From positions 1-21,650 of the forward strand of contig CAWJJC010000026.1 in assembly GCA_963843145.1 (NCBI GenBank): a stretch of DNA of 21,650 nt. The letters run 5' to 3'. This document shows positions 8,129 to 17,200 of the stretch, piece by piece. The translations under genes were made by a program, and so were the position numbers. Positions within the stretch are counted from its first letter, which is position 1; every line of letters starts with the position of its first letter. This DNA comes from an uncultured delta proteobacterium. Its GTDB lineage: Bacteria > Desulfobacterota > RBG-13-43-22. Under the pieces are notes generated by a model, which searched no databases, had not been told where the DNA came from, and saw only the letters and a list, made by a program, of their open reading frames with translations.

Positions 8129-9074
8129 TCCATCGGTTAGATTTTTGTTTATTGCCATTTGAGATAATTAAAACAATTGTCTAAGGCATTAATCCCTTTT
8201 CTTTTTGTCCGGTGTCTTAAAAGTTACCCCCATTCTAGCCCCACTTCCCCGGACCCGGCCAAGGGGTTTCTTTCCTGCCCGGTTCGGCTTGGTCCCGGTA
8301 AAAAAAAGGCCGGAAGGTCTCCCTCCTAGGTCCTAGAAATCCGGCGTTTGGCTTCCTGAGCGGATTGTGGCGCGACGTTCTACCCGGTGGACTGTCTCAA
8401 CCGACGTTACTAAGTGCTTCCTGTACTCCTTCTATTAAAAATTTACCAAAACTGCCAGATTTCGAACGCTATTCGTTAACGAGGTGGTGAGAGACTCAAC
8501 CTCCCGTAGGACTTCGCCTTTTTAAGAAGTCTCCCCTTACCGTCTCGGTTCTTCAAGCTCCCCGGCTTTGGCAAAGGTTTTAGGGATCCGCCACCCGGAA
8601 GCCCCACAAAAATAAAGTCTTTTCAATCAAAAAATACACTGTTTACCTTATTGCTATCTTTTAATTGATATCGTTACGTAAGATCTTAGGGGCATGAAAT
8701 CCAAGATTTTTCAAGGGATAGCTTAAAAGTCTAATTCCCTTGTGCCTCAATTTGGGACGTCGTTCCGAAATGTTCCCACCTGTTAGTCAAACCAAATGAT
8801 CAGCCGGTAGGTTTTGAATTGAACGGAGCGAAAAGGAGAGAAGATGAAAATCAAGAATTTCAGATTCCCGACGCTTTTAACGACTGGATTGATGCTGGCC
8901 TTGCTTTGGTCCGCGCCTGTCCAGGCCGATGGTGTGGTCACCAATTGCAGCAACGACGTCCAGTTCAGCAAGCTAATGTCCGGCGGCGGGACCGTTACGT
9001 TTAACCGCGGTACGGCACTGATCAACCTGAACAGCACCCAGATCTGATCTGGTCAAGCAAAAACGGACACTCGG

Positions 9075-9896
9075 TTAAGCAACCATAGCCAAAAGTAACT
9101 TCTTTTCAAAATCATTAGGGGAGACATACCCCAGGGAGGAGTGAAGGCGGCGGCTGTTATAAAACATCTCGATGTAATCGATAACCGCCTGCCGGGCCTC
9201 TTCCCGGGCTGGATAGACCTGATCTCCAACCTCCTCGGCTTTTAGGGTATGAAAAAAACTTTCGGCTACCGCGTTGTCATAGCAGTCCCCTTTGCGGCTC
9301 ATACTGGAGATCATGTGGAACGTTTTTAATTGGCGTTGATAGTCACCGGCGGCATACTGCGAGCCCCGATCGGAATGAAAAATCAAGCCCGGGGCCGGTT
9401 TCCGGCGCCAATAGGCCATCCGGAGGGCCTCCAGGACCAAGGGAGTGGTCAGACGGTTACTCAAGGCCCACCCGACCACTTTACGCGAATACAGGTCGAT
9501 AATGACGGCCAGATACAGCCAGCCTTCCAGGGTCCAGAGATAGGTGATGTCGCCACACCAAATCTTGTTCGGCTGATCAACCTTAAACTGCTGGTTCAAC
9601 CGGTTGGGGGCCACCGGCAGCTTATGCCGGCTGTCCGTGGTTCTCTTGAAGCGCTTGGGCCGCTTGACCTCCAGCCCGGCTTTTTTCATCAGACTCCGGG
9701 CCCGAAAGCGGCCCACGGCGTAGCCCTCGTCCTTCAGCGCTCTTGCCATCCGACGGGATCCATAGGTTCCTCGGGTTTCTTTATGGATATGGCGTACTTG
9801 GGACAACAATTCAAAATCCTTATCTATTGGTTGCGTTGGGTCTTTTTTCAAGTAATGATAGTACCCACTCCGGCTGACTTCCATAACCCGGCACAA
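9075..9896 (-). CDS. IS3-family transposase OrfB (DDE/rve domain), probably expressed as OrfAB fusion
   Basis: YGSRRM, WCGDITY, LYLAVIIDLYSRKVVGW, FHSDRGSQY, CYDNAVAESFF, YNSRRLHSSLGYVSP. Confidence 0.95.
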   Translation of the reverse strand: MCRVMEVSRSGYYHYLKKDPTQPIDKDFELLSQVRHIHKETRGTYGSRRMARALKDEGYAVGRFRARSLMKKAGLEVKRPKRFKRTTDSRHKLPVAPNRLNQQFKVDQPNKIWCGDITYLWTLEGWLYLAVIIDLYSRKVVGWALSNRLTTPLVLEALRMAYWRRKPAPGLIFHSDRGSQYAAGDYQRQLKTFHMISSMSRKGDCYDNAVAESFFHTLKAEEVGDQVYPAREEARQAVIDYIEMFYNSRRLHSSLGYVSPNDFEKKLLLAMVA

Positions 9897-9943
9897 AACG
9901 GTTATGGGATAGGCCTTCTGTTGCTGCCGGACAAAGTCGTATC

Positions 9944-10243
9944 TTACCTCGACTCGTTGGCAAAGAAGGCCGCGGCTTTTTTTAAGATGTCGCGCTCCAT
10001 TTTTAGCCGCTGGTTTTCCTTACGGAGTTTTTGGAGTTCTTCTTTTTCAGGGGTTAAACGCCCCTTGCCGGGGAAGGCGTTGGTCCCCTCGGAGGCCAAC
10101 TGCCCTTTCCAGCGGGTCAAGACACTGGGGTGGATGCCTAGGTTCCGCGCGGCCTCGGTTACCTTGTAACCCTGTTCGGTTACCAGCCGTACGGCCTCCT
10201 TCTTAAACTCCGGGGTATAGGTCTTTTTGTTCTGTTCGGTCAT
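9944..10243 (-). CDS. IS3-family transposase OrfA (HTH)
   Basis: YTPEFKKEAVRLV...AARNLGI...LTRW...LRKENQRLKMERDILKKAAAFFA; GGAGG RBS. Confidence 0.95.
   Translation of the reverse strand: MTEQNKKTYTPEFKKEAVRLVTEQGYKVTEAARNLGIHPSVLTRWKGQLASEGTNAFPGKGRLTPEKEELQKLRKENQRLKMERDILKKAAAFFANESR
9976..9983 (-). promoter_or_regulatory. Programmed -1 ribosomal frameshift site (A7G) of the IS3 element
   Basis: Minus strand TT-AAAAAAA-G at the LKK codons near the end of orfA. orfB is in the -1 frame relative to orfA, as is established for IS3-family elements. Confidence 0.8.
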
Positions 10244-10921
10244 GGGACACCTCCAAAAGTTGGGTTATTTTACCATGCTCTTCATGGTGTCCGTTAGTAC
10301 TATGCCAGGTCAATCATCCCCGCTGCCGCCAATACGACGATTGACGGCGGCGGGCAGATCACGCTGAGCGGGCAGAACGCGCGGCAGTTGTTTGTTGTCA
10401 GCACCGGGGCCTCGCTGACGCTGCGCAATATTGTGCTGACGAACGGCTTTAGCGGCGGTGACGCCGGGGCGATCTTGAATGACATAGGCGGAGTGTTAAT
10501 CCTGGAGAACAGCGCCATCCGGGACAGCAACGCCGGCCTTAGTGGCGGCGCGATAGTCAGCTACGGACCGCTGACCATTACCAACAGCCGCTTGGAAGGC
10601 AACCGGGCGCTCAACGGCGGTGCTTTGTATCCGCGTTTTGCCGGTGCAGCAACGAAGATCGTCAACAGTGTGCTGCGGGATAACCACGCCACGGACACGA
10701 CCACCAAGGGCAGCGAGATCTTCAGCAACAGTGCGCAATATGGCGGTGGTATCTACAACAACCTCCTCAACTCGTCGGTCACTCTCAACGGAAGCACACT
10801 TCATGACAACACGGGGCGGCATCTACAACTTCGGCGGCACGGCGACGCTGACCAACGTCACCCTCAGCGGCAACTCGGCAGCTTCCGGTGGCGGTGGCAT
10901 TCGAAATTTCAGGAGGGATAA

Positions 10922-12700
10922 ATGAACACACACCTCTTTCGATTTCTTTTCAGCAGAAGATCTGCGTTGATGATCGCATTGTTGCTGTTCCTAAAACCGA
11001 CACCGGCGCTGGCTGGCGGCGTCGTCGGCAGCGGAACGCCGGGCAGTTGCACCGAATCGGCGCTCGACAGCGCTTTAGCCGGCGGCGGCAGTGTAACTTT
11101 TAACTGCGGCGGAGCAGCGTCCATTCTCATTCAAAGTGTCAAGGTCATTAGCCAGACCACGACGATTGATGGCGGCAGTCAAATCACGCTGACTGGCAAT
11201 CTCACCACACGCCTGTTCACGAATAGCGCGACTTTGACGCTGCAAAATATCATCCTCGACCGCGCTGGCAGCACGGGCTCGGATGGCGGCGCGATTACCA
11301 ACAGCGGCACGTTGAATTTGCAGAACAGCACGATTCAGAATAGCCAGACCGATAACAATCACAGCGGCGGCGCGATTTTCAGTTCAGGTCCGGTGAACAT
11401 CAGCAACAGCACCTTGAAGAATAACACCGGCGGCAGCGCGGGGGCGATGTTCATAAATAATGCGCTTGCAGTCGCGCAAATCAGTAACAGTACGTTCAGC
11501 AACAACAAAACGACAAATACGATCACCGGCTTTGGCGGCGCCATCTGGGTGGGCGAGCAAGCGCAAGTCTCCATCACGGGCGGCGCGATCATCAGCAACT
11601 CGGCTCAATATGGCGGCGGCCTGTACCTATCCGCAAACGCGACGGTCACACTCTCGTCCGCGGGCGCACCGGCGATTGTCGCCGGCAATTCAGCGACGAC
11701 TTCCGGCGGTGGTGTCGACAACAGTGGTGGCCATGTGACGCTGACGAACGTCACGTTCAGCGGTAATTCGGCTGGATCAGGCGGCGGTCTGACCAACGAC
11801 CAGGTTAGCGGCATGGCGACCCTGACCAACGTAACGCTCAGCAGTAATTCCGCCGCCTTTGTCGGGGGCGGCATTTACAACAACCATGGCACGGCGATGT
11901 TGGCGAACGTCATCATCATCGGCAACGTGGTGACCAACACTTTCGGCTCAGCAACGTACGGCGGCGGCATTGAGAATTACGGCACGCTGACGCTGACCAA
12001 CTCCACGCTGAGCGGCAACCTCGCAACCGGCAACTTCGGTGGGTTGTCTTTTGGCGGCGGCTTATACAACAACTTCTACACCAGCCAGGACACGGCGACA
12101 GTGATTAACTCCACCCTGAGCGGTAACTCAGCCTATGCCGGCGGCGGCATTCTCAACGTTGGCACCCTCACGCTGACCAACTCCACCCTTAGCGCCAACT
12201 CGGCGACCAGTACCGGCGGCGGCATTGAGAACTACCAAGGCACGGCGATGGTGATTAACGTCACGCTCAGCGGCAACTCGGCCAATACCGGCGGCGGCAT
12301 CTTCCAACAGGGCCAGGCTCCCACTCAGACTATCACTTTGAAGAACACAATATTGGTGAGCGGGCCGTCAGGCGCCAACTGCTACGAAGATCCATCGAGC
12401 ATTGGCAGCCTCCTGTCGAATGGGTACAATCTCACCAGTGAGGGAACCTGCGCGCCGTATATCCACAACACCGGCGATGTGAACAACGAGAATCCCAATC
12501 TCGGACCGCTGGCCAATAATGGGGGGCCCACCTTGACCCATATGCCCCAGGCCGGCAGTCCAGCCATTGACCACGGGTCCGAATGCCCGGCCTTCGACCA
12601 GCGCGGCGCCGCCCGGCCGGGGGGTCCGGGCTGTGACATCGGCGCGGTCGAGTATGGAGCGCTCCTGCCAAGGCTGTATCTGCCGCTGATCTTAAAATAA
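10922..12700 (+). CDS. Secreted/surface right-handed beta-helix protein with Pmp-like repeats and C-terminal choice-of-anchor-Q-like domain
   Basis: Signal peptide ending PALA; GGVVGSGTPGSCTE...VTFNCG cap; many GGAI/GGGI.N and TL.N.T(L/F)SGNSA repeats; LGPLANNGGPT.TH.P.AGSPAID.G..CP..DQRG..RP.G..CDIGAVE; terminal LYLPLILK; AGGAGG RBS. Confidence 0.9.
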   Translation: MNTHLFRFLFSRRSALMIALLLFLKPTPALAGGVVGSGTPGSCTESALDSALAGGGSVTFNCGGAASILIQSVKVISQTTTIDGGSQITLTGNLTTRLFTNSATLTLQNIILDRAGSTGSDGGAITNSGTLNLQNSTIQNSQTDNNHSGGAIFSSGPVNISNSTLKNNTGGSAGAMFINNALAVAQISNSTFSNNKTTNTITGFGGAIWVGEQAQVSITGGAIISNSAQYGGGLYLSANATVTLSSAGAPAIVAGNSATTSGGGVDNSGGHVTLTNVTFSGNSAGSGGGLTNDQVSGMATLTNVTLSSNSAAFVGGGIYNNHGTAMLANVIIIGNVVTNTFGSATYGGGIENYGTLTLTNSTLSGNLATGNFGGLSFGGGLYNNFYTSQDTATVINSTLSGNSAYAGGGILNVGTLTLTNSTLSANSATSTGGGIENYQGTAMVINVTLSGNSANTGGGIFQQGQAPTQTITLKNTILVSGPSGANCYEDPSSIGSLLSNGYNLTSEGTCAPYIHNTGDVNNENPNLGPLANNGGPTLTHMPQAGSPAIDHGSECPAFDQRGAARPGGPGCDIGAVEYGALLPRLYLPLILK

Positions 12701-12915
12701 TTAAGCCAGGTCCGTTGCAAGGGCGATATAACGACAGACTATTTTCGAATAAGGCTTATTTCGAACCCATAAATCCTTAAATCTGGTGGATAATAAAAAA
12801 ACTCAGCAGTAGTAGGTGGAGTCCGTTCGGAGGTTCATGGAAGATGGGGGGATCCAGCATACAGGGACCTTTCCTTCTTGTCTCCTCGTTTTGCCTTCGG
12901 TCCCTGATCTCCGTC

Positions 12916-12947
12916 AAAAGAGAAGGCCATTCGGCTGAACGGCCTTC
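12916..12947 (-). terminator. Intrinsic terminator downstream of garR and the panB remnant
   Basis: Minus strand GAAGGCCGTTC-AGCC-GAATGGCCTTC followed by TCTTTT. Confidence 0.6.
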
Positions 12948-13031
12948 AGACTTCCAAAATTGGTCCAGGTCCCACATTCAGCCTGGTGGTCTCAATGATG
13001 AATCAAGCTTGGGCCATTGATTCCAGAATTT

Positions 13032-13183
13032 TTAGTCCTTCCCTTCCACTATCCGGTAGCCGTGTTCCTCAGTGGGAAATCTTCTTTCTTTCATCTCCCG
13101 CACGTATTCCTGCCGGGCGCGAAGAGTGACTTCGGCCACGTTGGCGCATTTTTTAAGGAGTGGATTTTCCGGTTTGAAGCGGT
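13032..13183 (-). pseudogene. panB: 3' remnant of ketopantoate hydroxymethyltransferase
   Basis: Start-less frame DRFKPENPLLKKCANVAEVTLRARQEYVREMKERRFPTEEHGYRIVEGKD* resembles the PanB C-terminus (F.PKFVK.YA......A...Y..EVK...FP..EH.Y). Too short for the ORF track. Confidence 0.6.
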
Positions 13184-14074
13184 CTACTCCGTGACTTCCA
13201 CCCCGGCCAGCCGCTCAAAAAAGCGCACCAGTCCGGAATGGTCGTTGCCCTCCTCCCCCGCCACTTTGAGCGCCTGCATAATTTCCATCACCTGGCTGGT
13301 CAGCGGCAGCGGTGTTCCGATATCGTGACCGGTCAACAGGGCGTTGTTCAGGTCCTTGATATGCAAAGCCATCCGAAACCCGGGCTCAAATTTACGGTCC
13401 AGCATCAGCGGCATTTTGGCATTCAGCACTTGGCTGCCGGCCAGTCCGCCTTTAATGGCCTCAAAAATCAACCGGGGGTTAACCCCGGCCTTTTTGCCCA
13501 GCACAAAGGCTTCGGAAACGGCCGCGATGTTGATGGCCACAATAATCTGGTTCACCAGCTTGGTGATATTCCCGGCGCCGATAGGGCCCACCAGGGTCCC
13601 CCCGTTGCCCAGCACCTCAAAGAGGGGTTTTACTTTCTCAAAAATTTCCGGTTTGCCCCCGACCATGATCGCCAGGGTGCCGGCGATCGCCCCGGGCTGG
13701 CCCCCCGAGACCGGGGCGTCCAGCATCTCCCCCCCCCGGGAGACCAGCGCTTTTTCGACCTGCTGCGCTACCAGGGGGGCGATAGAACTCATGTCCACCA
13801 GAATAAATCCCGGTGGCAGTTTCGCCTCCAGGATGCCGTTTTTACCCAACACCACTTCTTCCACCTGGGGGGAATCCGGCAGCATGGTAATGACGATTTC
13901 CGATTTTTCCGCCACTTCCCGGGAGGAGCCGGCCGCCTCGGCCCCGGCCTGCACCAATTCTTCCACGGGGCTCTGGCGGCGGTTGTGAACCACCAGGGAA
14001 TAGCCGGCCTGCAAAAGATTGTGCGCCATCGGCCGGCCCATAATGCCTAAACCAATAAAACCAATTTTCATCAT
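13184..14074 (-). CDS. garR: 2-hydroxy-3-oxopropionate (tartronate semialdehyde) reductase
   Basis: GFIGLGIMGRPMA, TMLPDSP, DMSSIAPL, LDAPVSGG, GAGNITKLVNQIIVAINIAA, GGLAGS.VL.AK, PGFRMALHIKDL.NAL closely follow GarR as I remember it. Start at 14074 or 14071. Confidence 0.88.
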   Translation of the reverse strand: MMKIGFIGLGIMGRPMAHNLLQAGYSLVVHNRRQSPVEELVQAGAEAAGSSREVAEKSEIVITMLPDSPQVEEVVLGKNGILEAKLPPGFILVDMSSIAPLVAQQVEKALVSRGGEMLDAPVSGGQPGAIAGTLAIMVGGKPEIFEKVKPLFEVLGNGGTLVGPIGAGNITKLVNQIIVAINIAAVSEAFVLGKKAGVNPRLIFEAIKGGLAGSQVLNAKMPLMLDRKFEPGFRMALHIKDLNNALLTGHDIGTPLPLTSQVMEIMQALKVAGEEGNDHSGLVRFFERLAGVEVTE

Positions 14075-14171
14075 GCGCGCCCTCCTTCTTGATCAAAAGC
14101 TTGCGAAAAATCTATTTTGTTTCAATCTATTCAACTTCTTTGCGTTTGTCGAGCATTTTTCATTTTTTTAC

Positions 14172-14201
14172 TTGCTTTTTACAAAATATATGATATATCC
14201 T
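14172..14201 (+). promoter_or_regulatory. Candidate promoter/operator between divergent garR and GntR genes
   Basis: TTGCTT (14172-14177) followed by ATATATGATATATCCT. The 11-mer ATATATGATAT recurs inverted at 20879-20889. Confidence 0.45.
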
Positions 14202-14283
14202 AAATTCAACCAACGGAGAGGTCACCTTTAACTGGCCGCCGTCCAATCGAACTTTCCCCGACCGAAGAAACGAGGGTGCGTTT

Positions 14284-14940
14284 ATGATCTTAGGGACGCC
14301 CATTCAAAAACAGTCTCTCCAGAAGATGGTCCTGGAGACCTTACGCCAGGCCATTCTGGAACGGGAAATCCAGCCCGGGGAACAGATCAACATCCGCAAA
14401 ATCGCTGAAAAATTGGCCGTCAGCACCATGCCGGTCCGTGAAGCCCTGAGGGAGCTCGAGGCTGGAGGATTGATCACCTTTCAATCCAATAAACGCATTC
14501 TGGTCAATCGACTCTCCCGGACAGAGCTTCACGAAATCTACGCCCTTCGTCTCCCCTTGGAGGAAATCGCCCTGCTGAAATGCCTGGAACACCAGGATAA
14601 GGCGGGCCTCAAGCGCTTGGAGGAACTGCATCGGCAGATGGTCCGCAACGGGGTGCGGGGGGCGGAATGGTTTAACCTGAATCGGGCCTTTCATATGAAA
14701 CTGAATGAAATGTCCGGATCGGCGCGCCTCTTCCAAATCCTGCAGGGTTTATGGAACAGCACCGGGCCTTATCTTCGCCTGTTTTCCGATAGTGAGCGTG
14801 CGGTGGATCACGCCAATAAGGAGCACGCCTTGATCCTGGAAAGCATCCGCCACAATGACCCGACCCTGGCCAAGAAATCCCTGAAGAGCCACTTAAAAAA
14901 TGGCTTAAAGACTATCGAGGAGGCCTTAGAAGAGGAGTAA
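14284..14940 (+). CDS. GntR-family transcriptional regulator (FCD domain)
   Basis: LRQAILEREIQPGEQI...IAEKLAVSTMPVREALRELEAGGLI; NRAFH and EH..ILE motifs. Confidence 0.93.
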   Translation: MILGTPIQKQSLQKMVLETLRQAILEREIQPGEQINIRKIAEKLAVSTMPVREALRELEAGGLITFQSNKRILVNRLSRTELHEIYALRLPLEEIALLKCLEHQDKAGLKRLEELHRQMVRNGVRGAEWFNLNRAFHMKLNEMSGSARLFQILQGLWNSTGPYLRLFSDSERAVDHANKEHALILESIRHNDPTLAKKSLKSHLKNGLKTIEEALEEE

Positions 14941-15059
14941 GCATATCTACTGAGAGGCCATCGTTTCCGGAGCATCCACCTCCTGCTGGAAAGCGTTTTC
15001 TTTTATTTACGGGGAATTAACGCCGACCCGGTAGGTTACCGGGGAAAGGAAGCTGAGTC

Positions 15060-15746
15060 ATGTCCCGAATTATTGATTTAAGCCAGCCGATTGAAACCGG
15101 CCAGCCGGTCTATCCCGGGCTGGCCAAGACGTTGATCAACACCTGGAACACCTATGAAGAGACGGCCCGGGTGCAGGGGCAGGGGAAGATGGATCGCCTC
15201 TATACCACCTGCTCGGTTTTTTTCAGTGACCATTGCTCCACCCACATCGATGCCCTGGTTCATTTCGGACAGCGACCGCTAACCGCCGAAAAAATCCCCT
15301 TAGAGCTCTGCTATGCCCCTGGCGTGGCCCTGGATTTCTCTCATAAAGCGCCCGGGGAATACGTCCGCCCGGAAGATCTCCAAAAGGCGCTGCAAGCGGC
15401 CGGGGCCGTCATTCATCCCGGCGACGTAGTCCTGATGCACACCGGGGCCTCCCGCTTTTGGGGAGACCCCCGGTATTTTTCCCATATCGTCCCCATCCAG
15501 GCCGAGGCTGTCCGCTATTTATATGAACAGGGCGTCCGGGTTATCGGGGTGGACGCCATCACCATCGATATCGATCCCACGTACCCGGCCCATGTCCTGG
15601 CCAAAGAACTGGATTATTACCACATAGAAAACCTGACCCACATTGATCAGCTCGTTGGCCGGCGGTTTCAGTTTGCGGGGTTTCCCCTCAAGTTAGTGGG
15701 TGCCAGTGGTGCGCCCCTGCGGGCCGTGGCCATCTTGGAAGAGTAA
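15060..15746 (+). CDS. Cyclase-family metal-dependent hydrolase (kynurenine formamidase KynB-like)
   Basis: IIDLSQPI, HCSTHIDALVHF (variant of HxGTHxDxPxH), GDVVLMHTG, IGVD, HIENL, FPLKL.GASGAPLRAVA. Confidence 0.92.
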   Translation: MSRIIDLSQPIETGQPVYPGLAKTLINTWNTYEETARVQGQGKMDRLYTTCSVFFSDHCSTHIDALVHFGQRPLTAEKIPLELCYAPGVALDFSHKAPGEYVRPEDLQKALQAAGAVIHPGDVVLMHTGASRFWGDPRYFSHIVPIQAEAVRYLYEQGVRVIGVDAITIDIDPTYPAHVLAKELDYYHIENLTHIDQLVGRRFQFAGFPLKLVGASGAPLRAVAILEE

Positions 15747-15852
15747 TCAACGGGGTTGACGCCGGCGGGATTCCGCCGGGACTGACGGTCCCCCCGTAGA
15801 CCAGCTAAAGGCACCGTTCCTTTTTATTAACCCTTAAGCAAGGAGGAGGATC

Positions 15853-17139
15853 ATGTCCGAAGAAAAAATTCAAGGCAGCGGCATGGATCGAAGAACGTTC
15901 ATCAAGACCACCGGCATCGTCACGGGCTCGGCGCTCCTGGGAGGATTTCATTTCGTTCGCCGGGCTCACGCCCAGGATAGCGGTCCGATCAAGTTGGGAT
16001 TCCCTATTCCCCTGACCGGACCCTACGGGACCGAGGCCAAGGACCAACAGGCCGGGGCGGAGCTGGCCATCGCCCAGATCAATGCCAAAGGGGGGGTCCT
16101 GGGGCGCAAAGTGGAACTCCTGGTGCGCGACACCAAGCTGAAAGCCGATGAGGCGGCCCGACGGGCCAAGGAACTCATCGAGAGCGAAGGCGTTCACCTC
16201 ATGTCCGGGGTACTGTCCGCCGCCAACCAGTTGGCGGTCAACGAGCAGTGCAAGCTGCACGGGATCCCCTATGTGTCCATCAGCCAGGCCAACGAGATCA
16301 CCCAGCGGCCGGACAACAGCATTTACACCTATCACGAAGCCATGGATCCCCACATGACCACCCAGGCCGTCGGGGAATACGTGGCCAAGAAGTTTGGCAA
16401 AAATTGGTACTTCCTGACCTCGGATTACGCCTACGGCTGGCAGATGACCGACGGCTTCATCCGCCGGGGAAAAGAATTCGGGGCCAAATCGGTCGGGGAA
16501 ACCAAGCACCCCCTGGGCACCAGCGACTACTCCTCCTACATGCCCCGTATCCTCTCCGCCAAACCGGACGTCCTGTTCCTGGACAACTTCGGCAAGGATC
16601 AAATCAATTCGGCCAAGCAGGCGACGGCCTTCGGCCTCAAGAAAAAAATGCAGATCGTCTGCCCCATCCTGCTCATGTCTTCCCGGCTGGGCGGCGGCGA
16701 GGAGGCCTTTGACGGGGTCATCGGCGGCGCCTCCTTCTATTGGGAAATGAACCACCCCACGGCCAAGGAATTCGTGGCCGCTTTTAAAAAAGTCAACAAC
16801 CGGCCGCCCATCGACTATGCCGGCTATGCCTACAGCGGGGTGAAAGAAGTCCTTTTAGGGGTGAATCGGGCCGGCAGTCTGGATCCGGCTAAATTGGCCG
16901 AAGCCATCGAGGGGCGGACCTACGACAATTACAAAGGCCAGCAGTGGTGGCGGCCCTGCGACCATCAATCCCAGCAGGATGTGTTTATCATCAAGTCCAA
17001 AAAGGCCAAGGCCGAGTACGATGTGTTTCAGATCATCGAAACCGTGTCGGGGAAAAACGAGCGTCTGCTGCGAACCTGTATCGAGGTGGGTCAAAATCCG
17101 AACAAGCCTATCCGCAGCGGCTTGATCGAAAAAAAGTAA
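15853..17139 (+). CDS. Liv/HAAT-type ABC transporter substrate-binding protein with Tat signal
   Basis: Twin-arginine MDRRTFIK and AHA cleavage site; IKLG..PLTGPY, INAKGGVLGRKVEL, DYAYG, DYSSY. Confidence 0.93.
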   Translation: MSEEKIQGSGMDRRTFIKTTGIVTGSALLGGFHFVRRAHAQDSGPIKLGFPIPLTGPYGTEAKDQQAGAELAIAQINAKGGVLGRKVELLVRDTKLKADEAARRAKELIESEGVHLMSGVLSAANQLAVNEQCKLHGIPYVSISQANEITQRPDNSIYTYHEAMDPHMTTQAVGEYVAKKFGKNWYFLTSDYAYGWQMTDGFIRRGKEFGAKSVGETKHPLGTSDYSSYMPRILSAKPDVLFLDNFGKDQINSAKQATAFGLKKKMQIVCPILLMSSRLGGGEEAFDGVIGGASFYWEMNHPTAKEFVAAFKKVNNRPPIDYAGYAYSGVKEVLLGVNRAGSLDPAKLAEAIEGRTYDNYKGQQWWRPCDHQSQQDVFIIKSKKAKAEYDVFQIIETVSGKNERLLRTCIEVGQNPNKPIRSGLIEKK

Positions 17140-17152
17140 TTTAACCGGACGA

Positions 17153-17178
17153 TCCCGCGCCCCGACCGGGGCGCGGGA
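17153..17178 (+). promoter_or_regulatory. GC-rich hairpin after the substrate-binding protein gene (mRNA stabiliser or attenuator)
   Basis: Perfect 11-bp stem TCCCGCGCCCC-GACC-GGGGCGCGGGA without a U-tract on the sense strand. Confidence 0.6.
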
Positions 17179-17200
17179 AACATCATGAGGATTCGCGTCG

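Larger units (their letters stand above)
9045..10312 (-). mobile_element. Complete IS3-family insertion sequence, 1268 bp
   Basis: TG...CA ends. Imperfect 26-bp terminal inverted repeats TGATCTGGTCAAGCAAAAACGGACAC / TGACCTGGCATAGTACTAACGGACAC (19/26 match). ATC duplicated at 9042-9044 and 10313-10315. orfA/orfB in 0/-1 frames. Confidence 0.96.
8844..10925 (+). pseudogene. Secreted beta-helix (Pmp-like GGAI repeat) protein, interrupted by IS3 element and truncated
   Basis: Signal peptide MKIKNFRF...APVQA. Removing 9045-10312 and one ATC restores the frame STQ-I-IPAAANTTIDGGGQITLSG...GGAIV...GGALY...SNSAQYGGGIY. Frameshift near 10815. No C-terminal anchor domain. Confidence 0.88.

Noticed and set aside
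1790-8330. Similar strings CGGCTTG...TAAAAAAAAGGC...GGTC(T)CCCTCCTAG at ~1790-1852 and ~8285-8329
   Set aside because: Only short blocks match, spacing differs and much of the match is an A-run; cannot be separated from chance without a genome-wide search.
8355-8410. Purine-riboswitch-like string (GGATTGTGG...GTTCTACC-CGGTGG...CAACCG-AC) downstream of the Mo-hydroxylase operon
   Set aside because: No P1 stem or TATAAT junction, the L3 loop lacks CCGTAAA, and it is over 400 bp from the next start. An Infernal search with the Rfam purine model would settle it.
9330-10169. 279-aa plus-strand ORF inside the IS, and other long antisense ORFs (13238-14050, 15805-16755, 20129-20812)
   Set aside because: Shadow frames opposite well-supported genes in GC-rich DNA, with no recognisable motifs.
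11700-12300. Recurring GGCGGCGGCATT / ACGCTGACCAAC units as a CRISPR array or DGR template
   Set aside because: They are degenerate in-frame codon repeats of beta-helix coils; there are no constant repeats with spacers, no adenine-specific variation and no cas or RT gene.
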